Positions 58,119 to 64,000 of a stretch of 64,000 bases of DNA are shown piece after piece. The stretch's first letter is position 1. Each line of letters begins with the position of its first letter. The notes beneath the pieces were generated by a model that was given only the letters and a program-made list of their open reading frames with translations, was not told where the DNA came from and made no database searches. Origin of the DNA: Capsulimonadaceae bacterium (GTDB lineage: Bacteria > Armatimonadota > Armatimonadia > Armatimonadales > Capsulimonadaceae); NCBI GenBank assembly GCA_965215505.1, contig OZ244065.1, positions 4,480,001 to 4,544,000 of the forward strand, read 5' to 3'. Position numbers and translations under genes: made by a program.

Positions 58119-58527
58119 ATGCCTGCGATAGAGGTCGTTTTTTATAAAGGATGTTGATGACACCGTCCCTGTGCGAGACCGGCTCACGGCACTACGGCGC
58201 AGACAGCCTCGTGCGTATGCCAAATGCGAGGTGCGTATCGCCCGACTGGCAGAAGTCGGCCATGAGATACGGCCTCCTGAGTCTGACTTCTTGCGGGACG
58301 GCATCCATGAATTGCGGACACGCCTCGGTACTGTCAACTACCGCCTCCTCTATTTTTATCACGGTCAAACCGCTGCTGTGTTGGTACACGCAATGACGAA
58401 AGAGGCCGCCGTGCCCGGTCGTGAAATAGATCGCGCCATCGAGCGAATGCAGAAGTTCCAGGCAGGCCCGGACAGGCACACTTATCGGGAGCCGGTCGCG
58501 GAGGACGATAATGAAGACGACCAGTGA
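58119..58527 (+). pseudogene. RelE/ParE-superfamily (Gp49-like) toxin with a +1 frameshift near its start
   Basis: MPAIEVVFY(K) from ATG 58119 joins DVDDTVPVRD...LRDGIHELR...YRLLYFY...HAMTKE only if one base is removed at 58146-58150. Confidence 0.75.
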
Positions 58528-58822
58528 TGCCGTAGAAATATTGGACCGGATGGTAGGTGATGATCGCGAGATGCGGGTCATGCTCGAAGAAGAGCAGGAA
58601 AAATCGCGCGTCGCCCGGATGATTTATGATGCCCGTATTGCAGCAGGCTTGACACAGGGAGAGCTTGCAACGCGTGTCGGTACGCGGCCCTGGGTCATCG
58701 CCCGTCTGGAAGACGCGGATTACGACGGGAATATATTGGACATGCTGGCCCGTATCGCACGTTGCCTGGATCAGCGGGTGGAAGCCCGATTGGTTCCTCG
58801 TCAGGCCGCAGCAGTGGCCTGA
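58511..58822 (+). CDS. XRE-family HTH antitoxin (HigA-like)
   Basis: ARIAAGLTQGELATRVGT..VIARLEDADY; overlaps the toxin gene. Confidence 0.88.
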   Translation: MKTTSDAVEILDRMVGDDREMRVMLEEEQEKSRVARMIYDARIAAGLTQGELATRVGTRPWVIARLEDADYDGNILDMLARIARCLDQRVEARLVPRQAAAVA

Positions 58823-58935
58823 GCCTCGTCCGACGACCTCCTGACCCATCCCGCCGCTGCGCGGCCACCGAAAGCGCGCCGGGGCGGGTTCTTTTTGTTT
58901 CTTGGGCACCGATACCGAACGGGTGTACGATAAAA

Positions 58936-61593
58936 ATGGCCTTCTCACTCTCCAGCCTCAACTCTACCAGCCTCTCCCCCATGCTGCGGCAGTACTTCGA
59001 CTTCAAAGCCGAGCGGCCCGATGTCGTCCTGCTAATGCGCGTCGGGGACTTCTACGAGGCTTACGGGGAGGACGCCGAGATCATCGCGCGGGAGCTGGAG
59101 ATCACGCTGACGGGCCGCGAGGACAAGCAGGCCGGCGCGCGCATCCCCATGGCGGGCGTCCCACACCACGCGATGGAGCGGTATGTGGCCCGGCTCATCG
59201 GCAAGGGGTACAAGGTCGCCGTCTGCGACCAGGTGGAAGACCCCAAATTGTCCAAGGGCCTGGTCAAGCGCAAGGTGACGCGCGTGATGACGCCCGGCAC
59301 CATCGTCGAGGACGCCATGCTCGACGCCAAGACCAACAACTACCTGGTCGCGGCGATCACCGGCGCGAAGGTGCCTTCGGGCGTCGGGGTCGTAGACGTA
59401 TCCACGGGCGAGTTCCTGGCGACCGAGATGCCCTGTGATGCGGGGCCGGAGAAGGTGGTGGAGGAGATCATGCGCCTCCAACCCGCCGAGTGCCTGCTGC
59501 TGCCGGGCATGGAAGAGCTGGGCGACCAGATCAAGGCGGCCTCCAAGACCGTCGTGACCTTCCACCAACCCGCCGAGACGCGCCGGTCCTCCCGGCAGGT
59601 GCTTTTGGACCACTTCGGGACGCCTTCGCTTCGCGGCTACGGGGCCGAGCAGATGACGTCCGGCCTGGACGCCGCCGCCCTGCTTCTGGACTATGTCAAG
59701 CAGACTCAGCAGGGGGCGGCGACGCACATCCGGAGCCTCGCGACCTACTCCACCGAGAACTACATGGTGCTGGATGCCGCCGCCCGGCGCAACCTGGAGC
59801 TGACGCACTCCCTGGCGGACGGGGCCAAGAGCAAGAGCCTCGTTTCCATCCTGGACCGCACCGTCACCCCGCTTGGCGGGCGGCTGCTGCGGAAGTGGTT
59901 CGACCAGCCCTTGCTGGCGCTGGACAAGATTCACAACCGGCAGGCCGCCGTCGGCGAGTGCCACGCCGACGCCCTGCTGCGCGGGGACCTGCGCGACGCC
60001 CTGCGGCGCATCGCCGACCTGGAGCGGCTGACCGCCCGCATCTGCTCCGGGGCGGCCAACGCCCGCGACCTGATCTCGCTCAAACAGTCGCTCCAGGCCT
60101 TGCCCGAAGTAGAAACCGCCCTGGCCCGCGCCCCCGAAGGCGGCGCGCTCGCCCCCATGCGGGCGGTGATCGCCGACGCCCCGCCCGCCCTGCTGGAACT
60201 GCTGGAGACGACCATCCAGCCCGAGCCGCCCGTGCTGCTCCGCGAGGGCGGCCTGATCCGGGACGGCTACAGCGAGGAACTGGACGCCCTGCGCGAGCTT
60301 CGGTCCGGCGGCAAGGCGTTTATCGCCAAGATCGAGGAAACGGAGCGCGAGCGGACCGGCATCAAGGGCCTCAAAGTCGGCTTCAACAACGTCTTCGGCT
60401 ACTACATCGAGGTCAGCAAGGCCGGCGGCGGCGGGGCTTCCATCCCTGCTGACTACCAGCGCAAGCAGACCACGGCGAACGCCGAGCGGTACATCACGCC
60501 CGCCCTCAAAGAGTACGAGGCGCAGGTCTTGGGGGCCGAGGAAAAGATCTTCGAGTTGGAGTACCGGCTGTTCATCCAGGTCCGGGACGAGATCGCGGAC
60601 AAGTACACCGGCCAGATTTTGAAGCTGGCGAAGACCCTAGCACGGCTGGACGTGTTCGGCGGGCTGGCCGAGGTCGCCCTGTCGGGCCGCTTCGTCTGCC
60701 CCGAGGTCCATGCGGGCGACACCCTCTCGATCACGGCGGGCCGCCACCCGGTCGTGGAAAGCCTGCAAAGCGGGACGTTGTTCGTCCCGAACGACACCTA
60801 CCTCGACGGCGAGGCGGCCCGGCTGCACATCATCACCGGCCCGAACTCGGCGGGCAAGAGTACCTATCTCCGTCAGGTCGCCCTGATCGTGCTTCTGGCC
60901 CAGATCGGGTCGTTCGTCCCCGCCGACGCCGCCTCCATCGGGCTGGTGGACCGCATCTTCACCCGAGTCGGCGCGCACGACGACCTGGCGAGCGGCCAGT
61001 CCACGTTCATGGTGGAGATGAACGAGACGGCCAACATCCTTAATAACGCCACGCCCCGGTCGCTGGTCATTTTGGACGAAGTGGGGCGCGGGACCAGCAC
61101 CTATGACGGCCTGGCCCTGGCCTGGGCGATCACCGAGTATCTGCACGCGGTCGGCGTCAAGACGCTGTTCGCCACCCACTACCACCACCTGAACGAACTC
61201 GAAAAGACCTTGGCGGGCGTCAAGAACTACCGCGTGGCCGTCAAGGAGCAGGGCGACCACATCGTCTGGCTCCGCAAGATCATGCCCGGCGGCACCGACA
61301 AGAGCTACGGCATCCAGGTGGCGAAGCTGGCCGGCGTCCCCGACCCCGTCCTGCGCCGCGCCCGCGAGGTCCTGAAGACCCTGGAGTCCATGGGCAAGGG
61401 TGAGGGGGCCGTCGGCGGCACCGACGCCGGGGAGCGCCTGTCGGCACAGACCCAGCGCCTCCAGGCCACGCTCTTCGAGGCCGAGCGCCACCCCGTGCTG
61501 GACGAGCTGGAGTCGCTCGACCTGGGCACGCTCTCGCCCATCGAGTCCTTGACCAAGCTGTACGAGCTACAGCGCAAGCTGACGGCCGGGTGA
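58936..61593 (+). CDS. mutS: DNA mismatch repair protein MutS
   Basis: PMLRQY, GDFYE, TGPNSAGKST, STFMVEM, DEVGRGTST, SYGIQVA. Confidence 0.98.
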   Translation: MAFSLSSLNSTSLSPMLRQYFDFKAERPDVVLLMRVGDFYEAYGEDAEIIARELEITLTGREDKQAGARIPMAGVPHHAMERYVARLIGKGYKVAVCDQVEDPKLSKGLVKRKVTRVMTPGTIVEDAMLDAKTNNYLVAAITGAKVPSGVGVVDVSTGEFLATEMPCDAGPEKVVEEIMRLQPAECLLLPGMEELGDQIKAASKTVVTFHQPAETRRSSRQVLLDHFGTPSLRGYGAEQMTSGLDAAALLLDYVKQTQQGAATHIRSLATYSTENYMVLDAAARRNLELTHSLADGAKSKSLVSILDRTVTPLGGRLLRKWFDQPLLALDKIHNRQAAVGECHADALLRGDLRDALRRIADLERLTARICSGAANARDLISLKQSLQALPEVETALARAPEGGALAPMRAVIADAPPALLELLETTIQPEPPVLLREGGLIRDGYSEELDALRELRSGGKAFIAKIEETERERTGIKGLKVGFNNVFGYYIEVSKAGGGGASIPADYQRKQTTANAERYITPALKEYEAQVLGAEEKIFELEYRLFIQVRDEIADKYTGQILKLAKTLARLDVFGGLAEVALSGRFVCPEVHAGDTLSITAGRHPVVESLQSGTLFVPNDTYLDGEAARLHIITGPNSAGKSTYLRQVALIVLLAQIGSFVPADAASIGLVDRIFTRVGAHDDLASGQSTFMVEMNETANILNNATPRSLVILDEVGRGTSTYDGLALAWAITEYLHAVGVKTLFATHYHHLNELEKTLAGVKNYRVAVKEQGDHIVWLRKIMPGGTDKSYGIQVAKLAGVPDPVLRRAREVLKTLESMGKGEGAVGGTDAGERLSAQTQRLQATLFEAERHPVLDELESLDLGTLSPIESLTKLYELQRKLTAG

Positions 61594-61627
61594 ATACTGG
61601 TATAATGGCCGCAGAGGGAGACGGGGC

Positions 61628-61936
61628 ATGGAGAACGTGACGCTGGACCGAGCCGCCGAGATCGTCAAGGCACTCACGCCGCAGGAGCAGTTGCAGCTCC
61701 GCGCGATGATAGACTCGTGGCAGGTGGAAACGCCGACTGAGACGCCAGCGGAAACGACGCCGGAACAGCAGCGTCGGCTGGCGGAGCATCTTTTCGCGGA
61801 GGGGATGATTGAGAATCTTCCCGCCCGCTATCGTGAGGGTTATGATCCTGAAGATGGCGCTGACCGGCATCCGCCCATCGTGGTGAGAGGCCGCCCCGTT
61901 TCAGAAACCCTTCTGGAAGACCGGGGGCCACGATAG
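61628..61936 (+). CDS. putative antitoxin (VapB-like)
   Basis: Directly upstream of a PIN gene; C-terminal GRPVSETLLEDR. Confidence 0.7.
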   Translation: MENVTLDRAAEIVKALTPQEQLQLRAMIDSWQVETPTETPAETTPEQQRRLAEHLFAEGMIENLPARYREGYDPEDGADRHPPIVVRGRPVSETLLEDRGPR

Positions 61937-62398
61937 ATGGCGGTCTACTTCCTGGACAGCAGCGGCATCGTCAAGCGGTACGTCACTGAAACCGGCACGA
62001 CATGGATCAAGCGGGTTTGTGACCCTGCCGTGGGTAACGACATTTACACGGCCCATGTGACAGGGGCGGAAGCCGCCGCCGTCATGCGCCGCGCTCGCCG
62101 GGGTGAGGTTTCCGTTGCGGATGCTGTCACTGCCGTTTCCGATCTGCAAAATCATCTTCGCAGCGGCTACACGCCCGTTTACATTACCGACGGCCTGGTG
62201 CAACTGGCGATTGAGTTGGTCCAGCGTCATCCGTTGCGCGGCTATGACGCCGTCCAACTGGCCTCCGCTCTGCAAGTAAAAGCCGGGTGTGCCGCGCTCG
62301 GCATTCCCGCTCCGATCTTCGTCTCCGCCGACAATGACCTCAACGCCGCCGCTGCCGCCGAGGGTCTTGCGACCGACGACCCCAACGCGCACCCGTAG
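61937..62398 (+). CDS. PIN-domain toxin (VapC-like)
   Basis: YFLDSSGIVKRY, LRGYDAVQLASA, FVSAD. Confidence 0.92.
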   Translation: MAVYFLDSSGIVKRYVTETGTTWIKRVCDPAVGNDIYTAHVTGAEAAAVMRRARRGEVSVADAVTAVSDLQNHLRSGYTPVYITDGLVQLAIELVQRHPLRGYDAVQLASALQVKAGCAALGIPAPIFVSADNDLNAAAAAEGLATDDPNAHP

Positions 62399-62418
62399 AC
62401 TCTAGGTGAGGGAACCCG

Positions 62419-62964
62419 ATGATCACCAAGACACGCGCAACGCTCGATGACCTCTACGCCACGCCAGGTAAGGCGGAACTCGTGAACGGAGAACTGGTGC
62501 TGATGAGTCCTACTGGAGCTACGCCGGGCTACGCCGGGGACGAGATATTCGCCAGCCTCCGTGACTATGTGCGGATGACGCGGTTTGGGCGGGCCGTGAG
62601 TGACAACAAGGGCTTCCTGACCCATCTCCCAAACCGCAAGTCTTTCAGCCCAGATGCGGCATTCTATCTGGGGCCGCTGCCCGGCATGAAATTCTTCCCT
62701 GACCCACCGGTCTTCGCCGCCGAGGTCCGCAGCGAGAACGACTATGGGCCGAAAGCCGAGCAAGACATGGCCGCCAAGCGCGCCGACTACTTTGCCGCCG
62801 GCTGCCAGGTCGTCTGGGACGTGGATCTGCTTGGTGAAGACGTGGTGCGCGTCTACCGCGCGGACGACCCCGACAGCCCGACCGTCTACCGCCGGGGCGA
62901 AACTGCCGAGGCCCGGCCCGCCGTGCCCGGCTGGACGATGCCGGTGGACGACCTGTTCGAGTGA
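62419..62964 (+). CDS. Uma2-family (DUF820) endonuclease-fold protein
   Basis: AELVNG..MSP, SPDAAF, AEVRS, KRADYFAAG..VVWDVD. Confidence 0.9.
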   Translation: MITKTRATLDDLYATPGKAELVNGELVLMSPTGATPGYAGDEIFASLRDYVRMTRFGRAVSDNKGFLTHLPNRKSFSPDAAFYLGPLPGMKFFPDPPVFAAEVRSENDYGPKAEQDMAAKRADYFAAGCQVVWDVDLLGEDVVRVYRADDPDSPTVYRRGETAEARPAVPGWTMPVDDLFE

Positions 62965-62986
62965 ACAAAGCATCGGAGGAACAGTC

Positions 62987-63331
62987 ATGCAAGTGCACCA
63001 GACGTTTCAGCTTGTTTTCGGGATAGTGATAGGAAGCGGCGGGCTATTCATCCTCTTCGGGAGTTCTTACGAGTGCTTCAAGAGCAAGTCCTTACCTCCC
63101 GATGTTCAGCAACTTTTGGTGTCGGCCGTACTCTTCACTGCTCTGGCGGCCACGCACCTCTCTCAATCTTTCGACTGGCCGCATCAAGACTCGCATCGGA
63201 CGGACCTAATTAACTTGGTTGCGCTGCCGGTCGTCTTTATCGGCCTTGTTTTGCTGTTCCTTCTCAAGCGGGCTGAGAAGAAGGCGAAAGCCGATGTGGG
63301 TACAACTGCACTGGGAGAACACAAAGTATGA
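62987..63331 (+). CDS. small 3-TM membrane protein
   Basis: GGAGGA RBS; three hydrophobic segments; lower GC. Confidence 0.7.
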   Translation: MQVHQTFQLVFGIVIGSGGLFILFGSSYECFKSKSLPPDVQQLLVSAVLFTALAATHLSQSFDWPHQDSHRTDLINLVALPVVFIGLVLLFLLKRAEKKAKADVGTTALGEHKV

Positions 63332-64000
63332 CCGACATCACCAAGGGCCCCTGGCAGGTGCAGGATGAACTCATCGAGCAGCCGAGTTGGGGCGGGCAAT
63401 ATATCATTGACCTGAAAGGGCTGGCCGACGACCCGCAGTGGAAGGGTAAGAAGGTCGGGCAGTCCTATGAAATGGCGAAGGCGTCGAAGCTGATTGACCC
63501 CGACGGCGGGGCGGTGACGCCGCTGGCCGATCTGATCGAGGCGGGCCCGGCGGGCTTCCTGGGGCAAAAAGTGCTGGACCGACACGGGCCGGACCTGTCG
63601 CTGCTCATCAAGCTGACCCAGGCCAAGGGCAACTCGTTCCAGGTCCACCTCCCGGAAGGCAGGTCGCTCGGCCATTGGGTGCCCAAGCCAGAAGCCTGGT
63701 TCTACCTCGCGCCGGGCCTGTACACGTTCGGCCTGAAGGCGGGCACGGACTTTGAGGCGTACTCGCGCGTCCTGCACACCCTCGACGACGACATGGGCCG
63801 CCTGAGCCGCGAGGTCAAGTCGGGCCGGTTCTCCGTGGAGGAGGCGCGGGCGCAGGCGCAACAGCGGATCCAGACTTTGGACCCGTTCGCCTATGTGAAC
63901 ACGGTCGAGGCGCAGACGGACGACGTGATCGACCTGACGGCGGGCGGCATCCACCACTCCTGGGAGCAGGACGACGCGCGCTTCCCGGACGGCAACCTGG
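63328..64000 (+). CDS. phosphomannose-isomerase type I-like cupin (partial)
   Basis: Manual translation: PSWGG, GQSYE, LLIKLTQAKGNSFQVHLP, KPEAWFY, GGIHHSW; runs off the window. Confidence 0.7.
   Translation, partial: MTDITKGPWQVQDELIEQPSWGGQYIIDLKGLADDPQWKGKKVGQSYEMAKASKLIDPDGGAVTPLADLIEAGPAGFLGQKVLDRHGPDLSLLIKLTQAKGNSFQVHLPEGRSLGHWVPKPEAWFYLAPGLYTFGLKAGTDFEAYSRVLHTLDDDMGRLSREVKSGRFSVEEARAQAQQRIQTLDPFAYVNTVEAQTDDVIDLTAGGIHHSWEQDDARFPDGNL

Overview
High-GC diderm bacterial chromosome segment. Lineage is inferred only: the N-methylation/H-X9-DG pilin-like genes and gene content suggest Armatimonadota. Left to right it holds: a urea operon (porin-urtABCDE-ureF-ureD-ureABC, with ureG separate and no ureE seen); an aldo/keto reductase and an adenylate-cyclase/STAND/TPR protein; a divergent GH31/GH2 pair; an unusual 'quinate-dehydrogenase-like'-SCP2-APC operon; and a lower-GC island (28.4-31.8 kb). 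The island encodes a twin-arginine, 10-Cys peptide precursor plus HEAT, redoxin, pilin-like and peroxiredoxin genes, behind an 18-bp x4 tandem repeat. Further right are an anmK/nagZ operon, cysK, an integrase-less integron cassette array (3 attC sites plus a putative attI, 42.7-45.15 kb), a frameshifted GH43, rbsK, gltX, miaB, an LCP protein, mutS and several toxin-antitoxin-like modules. Several families of REP/REPIN-like palindromes occur; one is inserted in frame inside a membrane-protein gene and others supply stop codons. Many genes appear leaderless (-10 box 6-7 nt before ATG). Several single-base homopolymer frameshifts may be sequencing errors. The best candidates for an undescribed system are the Cys-rich peptide island and the integron array. 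All calls come from reading the sequence; no database searches were run.
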